The translations under genes and the position numbers were made by a program. This document shows positions 42,957 through 58,394 of a DNA stretch of 64,000 nt, piece by piece (the stretch's first letter is position 1; each line of letters begins with the position of its first letter). The DNA lies in NCBI RefSeq assembly GCF_009914755.1, contig NC_060927.1, one strand, 5' to 3'. This DNA comes from the human T2T-CHM13v2.0 reference genome, Homo sapiens. The notes beneath the pieces were generated by a model that worked only from the letters and a program-made list of their open reading frames with translations, was not told the origin of the DNA and ran no database searches.

Positions 42957-43566
42957 GTGATCAGAATCCCAGAATCTGAAATCTTGAAAGAAGGAAAGAA
43001 GGGAAGGAGTGACAAAAGCAAGAAGGGAAGGAAGAAAAAAGAATTAAAAACAACAAACATGAAAACAGATTACATTAATGCTGAAACTAGGAAAGATTAT
43101 CACAAATGTGAGCAGCACCACCTAGAAACCAAATATTTTGACTCAGGTTAAGACTAATATTTATTAATTTAAAGGCAGTGTACTGTGCTCAGTTTTAGGT
43201 GCATTAATTTAGGGATAAACAGAATTATTCATTGAAGGAATAGGCTATCCTGGAATATTACAGCTTCCCTTTTCTAGAAAGTATTTTCATGGAATCAAAT
43301 GGCCATTTATTAGTTTGAACTCGAACTTTGAAAATATGATCATGTATGAGCAGTTAAATAGAATGCAATTATTTCTGCATCAGTAAAACAAGTAGGTTTA
43401 GAGAAGTAATTCCAGAGTCACTTGCATCTATAAATCGTTCTATGAATTTCCAGAAACTAAGAGAAACAAAGGTGATAACCAATGGTAAGATTGAGATGCC
43501 AATTTGCTGAGTCAGCCAAATTAGAATGTAGACACCAGACTTACATATCAAAAATAAGAATGGTGT

Positions 43567-44152
43567 GGTCAGAACACTTAACATGAGATCTACACTCTTA
43601 AAAACCTTTTTTCCAGCTTTACTATGGGATAATTTACAAATAAAGTTCATATATAATTAAAATGTACTACATTATTTTTAGATGCATGTATTTATTATGA
43701 AATGATAACCACAATCAAGATAATTAACATATCCATTACCTTACATAGTTACCTTGTGTGTGTGAGGCAGAGAAAGAGAAAATATTTAAAATCATTCTCT
43801 TAGCAAGGGTACAATACATCATTACTAACTGTAGTAACCACATTTTTCATCAGGTCTCCAGAACGTATTCATCTTTTAATCAAAAAATTGTACTCTTTGA
43901 CGAATATTTCCCCAATTCCCCTCCCCAGCCCCTGGCAATCACCTTTCTGTTCTTCTTCTGTGAGTTCGAGGCAGTGGTGGTGCAGGGAGCAAAGGGACAT
44001 AAGGAAACTTTTGGAGGTAATGGGTTTGTTCATTAACATGATTGTGTTGATCGTATTCTTGGTCTGTGCATATGTATGTCAAACTCATCGCACTGTATAC
44101 ATTAAATATGCACAGATTTTTGTACTATAGTTATACCTTAATAAAGCTGTAA
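43567..44152 (+). mobile_element. 5'-inverted L1MB1/L1MA10-type insertion containing an antisense L1MA9-type 3' end (~43606-43968)
   Basis: Sense 3' terminus aagggacataaggaaacttttggagg...aataaagctgt; inverted piece gaacacttaacatgagatctac; perfect 17-bp flanking repeat aaaaataagaatggtgt. Confidence 0.75.
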
Positions 44153-45237
44153 AAAAATAAGAATGGTGTCAAAAGTGCTACCTTGTTTCTCTCTCTGTTT
44201 TTTGTATTCTTATTAAACCTGAATCAATCTTTTTAAATAGGTAAAATAATTTTTAATCCTATCAGCTCTCTATTATTTATTATAGTTATAAACGGTTTCA
44301 TGGTATGGCCTTTATCTGAACTAAACTGCATGTTAAACAGTAACAGGCAAAATGAAATTTGGACATGGGTACAGATAAAGTAGGATGAGAACCATGGATT
44401 TATAATGTAAAATTCGCTTGCTTTTGAGAGAATAATGACATTAGAATATCAACTATGCCATGGGATATTCCAGGGAATGGATTTCTGAGTCAAAATTTGG
44501 AAAGGAAACTCACGTCATCTTTTATTTCTCTAATCTCATGAAAGAAAACAGAATTGATGTGAAACTGATTTTTTGGCTTGATTTTTGTCAAAGCTCTGCT
44601 GATACAACATTCTACGAGGAAACTTTTCTCACTGTAGCCAAGGAAATGTCTGTGTATTAACAGACAGAGAAGCAAACATAATTACACTATCCCATTCTTT
44701 GTCTACTAATCTTAAAATATGAACAGTTTTAATAAAATTGTTTGTATCACAAGTGACTAAACCATGGCAAAATGCTAATTTAGACAGTATTGGAGGATTT
44801 CCTGATTACTTGGTTTCATGACTTCTATTTTTTTATTGTTATTTTAAATTGAACTTGCCAAGTTAATTGTGTTTAGAGTAAGGCATTTGAATACTCTCAG
44901 CATGAGCTTATATTTATATTACCAAAAATAAAAATCACTTCAATTACAACAAAGTCTGACAGTCCACAGCCATCAGCAAAAGAACAGAAAACTGTTTCAC
45001 AAAGCTTTGGTTTTGTTACAAGATTAAGCATAACCTGAATTTATTTTAAGAGCCTTAGAAAAAGAAAATTAGATTTTTTTTAACCAATGACAATATAACC
45101 TCTCAAGTAGATAAATTGAACTATAATGTGTCCTTGTGAATAATTTCCAACAAAATGATCCGTTACATACCTCATTCCATGGATCTCAAACACTGGGACA
45201 TAGTCATCTATGGCATGAGCCACACAAGCCACAGAAA

Positions 45238-45275
45238 ACACACACACACACACACACACATACACACACACACAC
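45238..45275. repeat. (CA)n microsatellite, one interruption
   Basis: Direct reading. Confidence 0.97.
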
Positions 45276-45619
45276 GTAGATGGACATAAATAATCTTTCT
45301 CCATTGGATGAAGACATTTCTGAAATCCATAAAAATAAAATAAAAAACAAATAATTTTACAATTTAAAAAAGAATAACAAATATAAAAAAGCCAAGCAAT
45401 GGCAAAAGTCTAATTGAAAGTTTAGTAAGCTTGAGAAATGCCAACATATGTTGTTGAAAATGTCTGCTACACACAGAAATGAAGTTTGTTCCATGAGATA
45501 GCAATGTGATCGCTCTTGAACAAGAAGATGGGAGAAAATCCTTAAGTATATGATCCTAAAAAGTGATTTGTTTCCACCCCAGAAAAATTAGAAAATAGAT
45601 GTTGTTTTGACATGTAGTC

Positions 45620-47790
45620 TTTCAACAAACAAAATAGTTATTAAATGCTTACATATACCAAGAACTGTTCTCAATGTGGGGCGTAAAACAAGGAGCAAAC
45701 AAATTATCTGATTTTATATGAGGACTAAACTCTGATTTCTTTATCTTGCTCAAATTCCTATCTAAGGGATCTGGGGAGTCAGGCCGTACAAACCATAAAT
45801 TCTCATCAGATGGGTTTTATTTAACCCTATATATTGTGACTTATTTTCCAACCTGACTCTGGCATAACATTACAAGACAAGCAAGAAAATCAACATATTT
45901 TATCCTCAAAACATGTTTTTTTGGTCACATTTTGAAATGACCCTACAAATTGTCCTTTGTGGCAGAAAACTCACATCTCCAAAGAATCCCTATTAACATA
46001 GCTAGACCTTTTCCTTCAAGGCCCCTCCATTTCTCAATAGATTAACTGAGAGCCTGGCACCTTTTAAAGGGTCTGAAGAGGAAAAATTTGCCATCTATTG
46101 TTTCTATGGTCAGCCACTATGAAACATCAAAAGAACCTTGTCTCCACAACTTTTATCTTAACCTGAACATTTCCTTTCTATTGATCCCAGGTCGATAGAC
46201 AAAAACTCAAGCAATAGTCAACAAGAAAATGCAGAAAATGTTCAAATTTACCTATAGCCTGGAAGTCCACACATCCCACTTCAAGCTTCAAGTTGTCTCA
46301 CCTTTCTGGAACAAACCAATGTATTCCTTAAATGTATTTGATTGATGTCTCATGCCTCCCTAAAATCTATAAAACCAATCTGCACCCTAATCACCTTGGG
46401 TACATGTTCTCAGGACCTCCTGAGATCTGTGTCACGGGCCAGGGTCCCTCATATTTGGCTCAGAATAAATCTCTTAAAATATTTTACAGAGTTTGACTCT
46501 TTCCGTCAACATATAGAGCCTACATTCTGGTGGAAAGATCAAATGCAAATGAAGAAAAAACAAATAAAAAATACACATATATATTTGGATATAACAAAAA
46601 AAAACACAACCAGAAAACATTGTAACATAACAAGATGATAGAGCAGAATAAGGGATCTAGAAAGGCCTCTTGAGAAAGTGACTTCTGAGGAGTGATCAAA
46701 AAGAAGTAAATGAGGAGGAATGTTTCAGAAAAAGAGAATGATGGATTCTAAGGTGTGAGTAAATGTTTTAGAAAGATTATGTGCTGCACAGCAGGGCACC
46801 TAGATCTCCGTTACTATAGGGAATGCATTAGAAGATAAAGTCCAAGAGAAAACTATGCCTAGCAGATAATTCAGGACTTTATATTCTATGACAAGCCTTA
46901 GGAAATGTATTCTAAATGGTTGGTAAACCATTTGAGTGTTAAGTATCTGCATATGGGAGAGAGGGAATGAATGAATTTAAATTTTAAAATGATTACCAAT
47001 TGCAACTTAATAATGGACAAGGAAAGATTCGTTGGGAGGCTATGGCACCAATTCAAATGGGATATGATGGTGTATTGTTCTAAGATGGAGGGAGTTTAAA
47101 AAGTGTTCTACTTCTGGAACAAATTTGAAAATAGATATAACAGAGTTTGATGATGTTTTGTAGAAAGGGTGTAGGAGAAAAAAAAACCAGTCCATATGTT
47201 TCTAAGTTTTTGTTGTGAGAAAGTCAATCCTGGAAACTTCTTATTTGGTAAACACTGGGATAAGCATGTTTGAAGAAAACAAGAAGTTTGGTTTTGGATA
47301 TTTTGGGTGTGAGAAGCCTATGAAACATTAAAGTTGAGATGGAAAGTAGTGAGTCTGAAATATGAGTCTGGATATAGTAGAAATATCATGACTCTAAATT
47401 TGAGAGTCATCAGAATAAAAATGGCATTGAAGGTCATGGAGCTGAAAGAGATAGCCTACAGAGTGAATTAAAATAAGAAAGATAAGGGAGCAGAGAGCCC
47501 TGAGCCCTGGGCCATCCAATGACTGGGTGGTCAGAAAAATAACAACATTCCAGCAGAAGTGAGTGGGAAGAAACAGCCAGGAAATTAGGAAGAAAATCAG
47601 GAGAGTGTGGTTTCCCGGAAGCAGAAGTGGAGATATTGTTGCAAAAGAGAATTAACAAGTATGTCAATTGATTCCAAGGATATGAACAAATAAGAAAAAG
47701 AATTTAATCTGACAAAGAAGTCATTGATGACTTTTACATGAATGGGTTTAGGGAGATAATAGGTATAGAAGCCTGAAAGGAGAAGAATGA
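45620..47790 (-). mobile_element. L2, antisense, split by the MER4 LTR
   Basis: ttcaacaaacaaaatagttattaaatgctta...ctgttctc; resumes gagcctacattctgg; later ttttggatatttt, tttgagagtcatcag, gtcattgatgactt. Confidence 0.75.
45719..46511 (+). mobile_element. Solo LTR, MER4 group (MER4E-like, ERV1)
   Basis: tgaggactaaactctgat...aaattcctatctaagg...tggctcagaataaatctc...gtttgactcttccgtcaaca; perfect 4-bp TSD tata. Confidence 0.88.
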
Positions 47791-49769
47791 ATGGTAAAGG
47801 ACCTACATTCTTCCTAAGAGGGCCCATCCTTATATGACCTCATCACAGCCATAAAATTATAGAAGACTCCATTGTCACTCAAATTATGACTGGCACTATT
47901 TTTGAACTCTATCTTGAGCCAAATTTTCTGGTATGCTCAGATTCACGAGTTCATTCACTAGATATTCAGACATAAAAGTTCTACCAAATAATAAACAATT
48001 TTCCAGAAAATTAACAAGACCATGTGGGAAAATAATGACTGGATAGAAATAAAATCACCTAGAAGGCTTTAAAATTGCAGACTTCTAGATGCCATCAAGT
48101 GAAATTTAACTTTACTTGGCCTGAAAATAGGCAAGCATTGGTAAATTTTAGAGATCACTAGAGAATACATGTAGAATTCATGTTTTGAATCAAGAGTAAG
48201 AACCAAAAAAAGGTGGGGGATGAAATGATATTTCTTAAACGCTCTGTTTCTAGCATTGTACTAGATATTTTATATATTTGTATTCAACTTTACATATGAG
48301 AAAATGAAGAACATATTAGAGAGCTTAAGCAAAACTTCTCTAAACCTGAGGGCCTTTGAAGCCCATAAAACTTAAAAATATCTGGTGCCATAATGTCTAT
48401 CTTGCGTTTTAACCTTGGTTCACATCTTAGCTTTCATTATTTCTGTTTGTACTAAACTTCACAGCAGTCTTCCTCCTCTTTTTCTGTTGGCCTGAAGCAC
48501 AGATAAATCCTCTAGTCCATATGCCAGATACACATGTGGTGAAGGCTTTATGAGGAATATTATACCAAATTAAACAAACAAAAAATACAGCATTGTATTT
48601 GTTCCAAGCTGCTCTCGCTTGGCTGCTGACATTTATTATTTTTTTAAAATTTTCAACTTGAAATACAAAAACAGCCATTTGAAACCAACTATTCAATTAA
48701 ATTCTTTTTTTGCGCAAACTCAACATTCATTGTCTTTTAAAATTCAGCTGGTTATGTACAAATGGTTGTTAAAATTAGTCTAAAATCTTAAGCATTTCTT
48801 TTTTTTATTTTCAAACCTTTAGCTGTAAGATTGCCCAAATAATACCTCACGTAATTCAAAATACAATGTTTAAGACTACTTGAAAACACTGTTTTTATAT
48901 AATAAATATTTTAAAAGAAAAGACAAGGGGTAAAAAGAAAGCAAGGTGTAGAAAGGAGAGATGTTGAAATGTGAAATGTATATTATTAATTCAAATACAC
49001 CCGCAAGAAGAGTGTAACACATTTAGAGCCAAGCTTTTCAGCAGCCAGTGCAAACCGGAGAACATTATCACTTTGTTTGTTTATAGTACACTTAAGATAA
49101 AAACAAACCAGATGTTACATTGAAGAATAACCATGCTTGGTCCTGAGATGAGAGGAATATTTCTCCTGCAAACACTTGTAGTGAACACACTGTTATATAG
49201 TAAACAATTTGAATGAAATTGTTATAGTAAGTTCAGCAATGCATTTTATAGGTCTCTTTCTGGTTAAGTAGACTAGTGGCATCAAGCCAAAGAAATTCAA
49301 TAGTGTGATTATGAGGGAGACTAAAACAATATAGGAAAAAAAAAACTTTTGATTTTTTTTTTTCTTAATTAAGTTCTAAATTCACTCCTCAGATTACAGC
49401 AGTGTGGAATGGTGAAACAGCCATGATTAAATGCCTTTTGTGCCTCAGGTAATATATGGAATATAGAGGCCAGACTTATTAATCTGTACTCTGTTAAGTT
49501 ATGAGGAGAATTAAAGGGATGTTATTAAAAATAACTGAAACGATGTATAATAATAGTTTTTCAAAATTATTTTATTATTCCAACTAACATGAGAAAAATT
49601 ATGACTTAAACATTTTGGGTAATACATATTTAAGAATAATACAAACATGCTTTATATAATTTATTTCTTATTAAGTTAGAATTGAAGAAAAATTACTCTT
49701 GAGAAGAAATTATTGTTTGCATACATTGCATTAAGTATTTCTGCCCACATTACAAAGACTGGTTTTCCA

Positions 49770-49815
49770 TACACACACACACAGATCAAGAGAGAGAGAG
49801 AGAGAGAGAGAGAGG
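49770..49815. repeat. Compound (CA)n / (GA)n microsatellite
   Basis: Direct reading. Confidence 0.95.
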
Positions 49816-50169
49816 GACAGAGTCATATATTAAATTTTATCATTAGTGCATCTTTTGGATTTTGTTTTGTTTTTAGTATGGATTCAGTTAAGTAATTAAT
49901 CTAAACATTAAATATTTAAATGTTTCTAAAGATATTAAAATTATCAACACCTAAATATTTACATAATATTATTATTCCTTTACACAATGCTTCCTATTAC
50001 TAACCCCATAGTAGAAAATTAATAAAAATTAGAAAAAATTGTAAGTATAAAATATTACAGTATAAAATTACTGCATAATGTAAAATATACTCTAAAACAA
50101 ATTTAGAATTTCATAAATATTTGAAGATTTTACAAATCCATAAATATGCTATTTGGTAATATTTAAGTT

Positions 50170-50474
50170 CTTTTTTTTTTTTTTTTTTTTTCTGAGACAT
50201 AGCCTCACTCTGTCACCCAGGCTGGAGTGTATCTGCATGATCTTGGCTCACTGCAGCCTCCGCCTTCCAGGTTCAAATGATTCTAGTGCTTCAGCCTTAC
50301 GAGTAGCTGGAATTAAAGGCGTGTGCCACCATGTGCAGTTAATTTTTGTATTTCTAGTAGAGATAATGGTTTGCCATGTTGGCCAGGGTGGTCTTGAACT
50401 CCTGGCCTCAGTGATCCACCTACACCGGCCTCCCAAAGTGCTGGGATTACAGGCGTGAGCCACCATGCCTGACC
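50170..50474 (-). mobile_element. AluS-type element
   Basis: Poly-T then both arms; perfect 10-bp TSD tatttaagtt (50160-50169 / 50475-50484). Confidence 0.93.
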
Positions 50475-50549
50475 TATTTAAGTTACTTTTATAGACTCCA
50501 TGGTATAATTCTGATTTCGATATATAAGAGTATAAAAAATATAATTCGA

Positions 50550-52560
<2,011 letters not shown>

Positions 52561-53510
52561 CTAGGATCTGTGCAGGAGGTAATAAACTCAATCAGAAACC
52601 TCTGAGAATCAGAAAAACATCTTCCTTTGTTTTGGGAGAACAAAGATTAGAGTTTCAATCATGCCTCAGGGAGATACCTCAAAGAATACACCAGGTTCTC
52701 AGCTGAAAACTCTTAAGAGAACAAAGGTGAACTGACTCTTACCAGGATCCGGCATAATCCTATTTAGAAGAGTTCTTGATTTAATTAAGGTCATTCACAA
52801 ATAGGAGCAAAAATATTAATGGTTGCTATGGTTTGAATGTGTTCACCAAAGTTTATGTGTTGAAAACTTAATGCCTAATTTAAGTGATGAGAAGTAAGAC
52901 CTTTAAAAGGTGACTAGGTCATAAGAGCTCTGCACTCATTAATAGATGAATGTTGTTATCACAGGAGTGGGTTTGTTATTGTGATAATAGTTTTGTTATA
53001 AAAGTGAGTTTGAGACTTTCATGCCACCTGTCTCCATGGGATGCCTTCTGCCACAGGATGATGTAGCATGAAAGCCCTCACCAGATAACAGTTCCTTGAT
53101 TTTGGACTTCCCATCCTCCAGAATGATGAGAAATATATTTCTTTTATTTATAAATTACCCAGTCTCTGGTATTCTGTTATAGCAGCACAAAATAGACTAA
53201 ACAGAACATTGATATTGAGAAGTGGGGCTGTTGCTGTAACAAATACCTGAAAATGTAGAAGTGGCTGTGTAACTGGGAAATCAGAAGTGGCTGGAAGTAT
53301 TTGGAGGAACAAGCATGACAAAGCCTACACAGACATGAATGGAGCATTAAGAGAAATTCTGATAAGGGCTCAAAAGATGAGAGCTTTAGAGAGTTTGAAT
53401 ATTTTTAGGGATTACTGAAGTGGTCATGATCAGAATGTTAGTAGAAATATATACAGTAAAGGTTCTTCTGGTGAGATCTTAGATGAAAATGAAGAATAGT
53501 TATTGGTAAC

Positions 53511-54774
53511 TGTTTTACAGGTAGATAGATAGGCATAAGCAGGGCAGGAAAGTGCTCTTCCCTTACCCACTAAGAATATCAGATGATGGTTTGACAGTTA
53601 TCACACTGACTCTTTAAAAGTGAAAATTTGGCATTCGGAGTCAGGGTGCCAAGGAGAGACAATCTCCTGATGATCCACAGCTACTATCATTAAACTGTTA
53701 ATTGAATACAGATGCCAGGGAGAAGAAACTTCCTGGGCATGTGCATTGAGACAAAATGGTGAAGTAACCATTTATGCAGAAGACCTTCTGCGTGCACTCC
53801 ACTGGAAAAAGGGAGGAAAGCCTCAGATGGGCATGCATAGAATTACCTAAATACACTGTACATGCTCAATTCCCGAGGGTAAGGAGGGCACTGTGCATGC
53901 AGTCAGAAATAGGTGAGGCTGTAAAGTTCTAGAATCAAGATTAAATGCTCTCTTTGACCTTCAGGCACCCTCTTGTATCTCTTTAAAGTGAACTTTCCTT
54001 TCCTTCTTTTTTTTTATTTTATTGTTATTATACTTTAAGTTTTAGGGTACATGTGCACAATGTGCAGGTTAGTTACATATGTATACATGTGCCATGCTGG
54101 TGTGCTGCACCCATTAACTCGTCAATTAGCATTAGGTGTATCTCCTAAAGCTATCCATCCCCCCTCCCCCCACCCCACAACAGTCCCCAGAGTGTCATGT
54201 TCCCCTTCCTGTGTCCATGTGTTCTCACTGTTCAATTCCCACCTATGAGTGAGAATATGCGGTGTTTGGTTTTTTGTTCTTGCGATAGTTTACTGAGAAT
54301 GATGATTTCCAATTTCATCCATGTCCCTACAAAGGACATGAACTCATCATTTTTTATGGCTGCATAGTATTCCATGGTGTATATGTGCCACATTTTCTTA
54401 ATCCAGTCTATCATTGTTGGATATTTGGGTTGATTCCAAGTCTTTGCTATTGTGAATAGTGCCGCAATAAACATATGTGTGCATGTGTCTTTATAGCAGC
54501 ATGATTTAGAGTCCTTTTGGTATATACCCAGTAATGGGATGGCTGGGTCAAATGGTATTTCTAGTTCTAGATTCCTGAGGAATCGCCCCACTTTCTTTCT
54601 TGTTCTAAAGCCTTTTTAAATAAACTTGCACTCCTGCTCTGAAACTTGCCTTGGTCTCTCTTTCTGCTGTATGCCCCGAAGTCTAATTCTTTCTTCTGAG
54701 GAGGTGAGAATTAAAGTTGCTGCAGATGCACATGGATTCACCATCAGTAATTCAAATCTCTTCCACCAGTAACA
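53511..54774 (+). mobile_element. MER50B-like solo LTR (ERV1) nested in the MST internal region
   Basis: aggcataagcagggcagga...aataaacttgcactcctgctctgaaacttgcc...ttcttctgaggagg...ccaccagtaaca. Confidence 0.82.
54009..54590 (-). mobile_element. L1PA3-type 3' end nested in MER50B
   Basis: tttagggtacatgtgcacaatgtgcaggttagttac, gagaatatgcgg, gatagtttactgagaatgatgatttccaat; TSD ctttccttctt (53998-54008) / ctttctttctt (54591-54601). Confidence 0.95.
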
Positions 54775-56495
54775 GCAAGAGTAAAGATCATTTTTGTTAT
54801 ACAGTAGCAAATAATTTGATGGCATTGTGTTTAAGTCTTAGGATTTTATGGAAGTCAGAATTTGAAAGCAATGAACCATAATATCTGGCAGAAACAATAC
54901 CTAAACAGCAAAGCACTCAAGGTACTACATGGCTTTTTTATCTGTTTACAGCAAAATGAAAGAAGAGAGAAGTGACTTATAGATGGAATTTAAAATTAAA
55001 AGAGAAGTAGAATGAAAAGATTTGAAAAATGTAGCCTGACCAAGTGAAGAATGAAAAAGCACTTTCAGGAGACAGTACTAAAGGTGTGGCCAACTAGCAG
55101 TTTGCTAAAGTTATTAATATGGATAAAAGGAAGTCAGTGTTTACTTATCAAGACAATGGGTGAATGATTCCAAAGACATTTTAGATATCTTCCAAGCCAG
55201 CTAGGCCCTTGATGATAAGGTTTCCAAAGAGGTGACTGCAGAACCTCAGCATTCACTCTTCTTGCCAGCTATAAACTCTGTTCACTGAGTTCTGGCACTC
55301 CCCTCCTCAACCACCACAGCCATGGCTCAAGGGGGTCCAGGAGCAACTTGACCTTCTACTCCAAAAGATATAATCTATAAACCTTGGCAGCATTTACATA
55401 GTACTTATTCTACACTTGCAGGAAATATAAAAGCTGTGTACCCATAGTGCTCACCTCAATTTCAAAGGATGCATCAGACAGCCTGCGAGTCCAGGCAGAA
55501 ACTTGCCACAGGAGCAGAAGGGCTGCAGAAAGTCATCACCTAGGCAATGCTTAGTGGACTCACGGGAGCCCCCAGAACTATGGAGCTACCAGCATGCAAT
55601 GCCATACTGGTAGAGCTGCAGGCATGAGGTTCCAACCTGTAAGAGATGTTTGTGTACTGAACCCAGAAAAGGCTGTGGTGAGGCTGCCTGAGGCCTTGGG
55701 GACTTAACCTCTCCCTCAGTGTGCCAAGAAAGCGGGACATGGAGTCAAAGAAGAATATTCTGAAGCCTTAATATTTACTTGTTTACCTGTTGGGTTGTGG
55801 ACTTACTTGGGACCAGTTACCATTTGTTTTTTGGCCTATTTCATTTCTCAATTTTGGAATGAGAATGTCTGTCTTATACTTATCCTATCATTGTATTTTA
55901 AAATTGTGTAACTTGTTTTCATTTCACAGGCTTACAGTTAGATGAAGTTTGCTTCAGGATAATTTCATGCCTTGAGTCTCACCCAGATCTGATTTAGATA
56001 AGATTCTGGACTTTTCAGTTGATACTGAATCAAGTTAAGACTTTTGAGGCTACTAGAATATAATGAATGTATTTTGCATGTAAGAAGGGGACACAGGGGT
56101 GCAATGCTATGGTTTAAATGTTTCCCCAAAGCGCATGTGTTGGAAGTTTAATCCCTAATGCGACAGTGTTGAGAGGTAGAAAGTTTATATAAGTTCCACC
56201 TCTCATGAGTTGTGGCCTTGTTAGTCAATCTGTGCTATTATTGAGAGAGTCGATTAGTTATCACAAGAGTGGATTTGTTATCAAAGTCAGTTCAGCCCTC
56301 TCTTGTTTCTCTCACCCTCTCTCTCTCATGCCTTCTGCCATGTTATGATGCATCAAGAAGGCCTCCTCCAGATGCAGCACCTTGATTGAGCTACTCAGCT
56401 TGCAAGATCATGAGCTAAATAAACTATTGTTTATAAATTACCCAGTGTGTGGTATTCCATTATAGCAGAACAAAACAAATGAAGATGATTGTTTA

Positions 56496-56861
56496 TAGCA
56501 TCACCCTTATCCACTGCAGATACAATTTAAGTGTCCCGGTGGATGCTTAAAACATTGAATGCTACCAAACCTAAGCACTGTGATACCTTGACAGTTAATC
56601 TGATAATCAAGACACCAACTGAGTGACTAACAGGTGAGTAGTGTATACAGTGTGGATATACTAGACAAAGGGATGATTCATATCCAATGCAAGATGGAGA
56701 AGGATAGCATGAGATTTTATCATGCTACTCAGAAAAGCACGTAATTTAAGATGTAAAAATTATTACTTTCTGGAATTTTGTATTTAATATTCTCACACCA
56801 TGCTTGAACACATAAAACTTAAATACTGGAAAGTGAAACTTAGGTTAAGGGAGTAATAATG
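56496..56861. mobile_element. Tigger7/MER44-type DNA transposon derivative
   Basis: cccttatcc...gtggatgc...atctgataa...gacaaagggatgattca...gctactcagaa...taaggg; TA on both sides. Confidence 0.78.
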
Positions 56862-57199
56862 TATTTGTATTGTGTAACCAGGATTTAAAAATTACTTGGA
56901 CTAATATATCCAAACAGCAAGAAATAGAGGAAGAAAACAAAGGAAAATGTGCAATTTTCACCCAAAATTGCATTGTTTAAATACATAATCAAACGGATAC
57001 TATTGAAGAAGAAAATAAAATATATGTAATTAAAAAGTCACTAGATATTTACGAGACATCCAATTTAATAGAACATTACACAGAGCAGATGACAGAATAG
57101 ATGACCTGGAAAACAGGTCAATAAAAATTATTCACATCAAAGAATAGAGGCAATTTTCAAAAGGAAAGACTTTTAAAGGGTATTAGATACATATGTGTT

Positions 57200-57508
57200 G
57201 TGGAATATTTTTTAACATGATATAGGGAGGAAAAAAATGATTTTCTTTCTAAACTTTATACTTCTTACTTGGGCTTTAGCCCTGGAACAAAAGACAGATT
57301 AAGAATAGATAAATCAACAAGTTTATTAACATGTGCACATCATGTATACATGAAAAATACATAGAAAAACAGAATTAATCTTAAAGAGGTGCCTTTGAAT
57401 CCAGGCTTAAATATTATCATTTGCTGAAACAGAAAAAAGGGTGTGGAGAAGGCTGGGTATGGGAGGTAATCAGGAAAAGTTCAGAAAAATAGGAAATAGT
57501 TTGTTATG
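57200..57508 (-). mobile_element. Probable ERV1 (MER4-group) fragment
   Basis: aacaaaagacagattaa...aacaagtttattaacatgt motif; family uncertain. Confidence 0.4.
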
Positions 57509-58394
57509 TCAATTTCTCAGTGCCTTCTCCATTGATGAGTCTCTAACCCAACAGTCAGACAGTCCTGGTGTGCCTGGGGAGTCTTGGAGAAGGGGACATC
57601 TTTGCCCCCTTGTCCACCATGGCAGGTACAGTTGGGACTTCTTCCACAGCAGCTCGGCATTGATGCAACTATAGACATCTTTTCTGGGACACATCAAGAC
57701 GACTGCATCCCCACATGAGGAAGACCCCCAGGTTCAGGCTTGCATGGTAGAGTCACATCTCTATTTGAAATATCAACATTTCTACAGATGACAAAAGTGG
57801 CTGTCTGACCTGAATAGCCAGAGCTCTGAGACAGGAGTGTCTGAGAGATGGATAACTTTCCTGATGACCTGTCAGGGGAGCTGAGGTGGCTCCAAACCTT
57901 CCCCATGATAAGATCCCAGTGTGACTCACTGAGAGCTCCTCCAGGCACCTTTGTCAAGGCTGGGACCTGTACTCACCACTGAGTATTGCATTTACCCACC
58001 AGCTTTAGACACAACTGGTTCTTACCCTGGGACACATCCCCTACTGTCCTGAAGCCTGAATTATCCAACTAGTAAAAAAAAAAAAATACAGGGGGAAAAT
58101 AAATAAATAAAAAAAGTGCACACCACAGAGGATGAGATAAGCTTTAAGAGACCTATCCCATTCCAACCTTATAGGAGACAATGACCTTGCTCAACACCAA
58201 GTGTATTGCTACTACGACTAGCACATGAGAAAGCCATCATACAAAAACTCTATAACCAAGAAACTCTGACAGAGTATTCACCCCTGAAAGCCCCAAGAAC
58301 CAAATTAGGCTGTAATTAACTTTAAGCATTAAACTCCCATCCTTAAGGGGAAAAAATAAATTAAAAACAGAAAGAAACAGAAACACAGTTAAAT

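Larger units (their letters stand above)
52824..56487 (+). mobile_element. Full-structure MaLR provirus, MSTD-like (5'LTR 52824-53203, internal region, 3'LTR 56105-56487)
   Basis: Two tgctatggttt...ataaattacccagt...ttatagcag LTRs flank MST-internal sequence; purine-rich tract before the 3'LTR; TSD atggt / attgt. Confidence 0.88.

Noticed and set aside
54232-54591. 119-aa ORF matching the L1 ORF2p C-terminus
   Set aside because: It is the 5'-truncated L1PA3 insertion.
56170-56205. Hairpin tgagaggtagaa / ttccacctctca in the MSTD 3'LTR
   Set aside because: The right arm also resembles normal MST consensus (ctc..ccctcatga), so a simple deletion could explain it.
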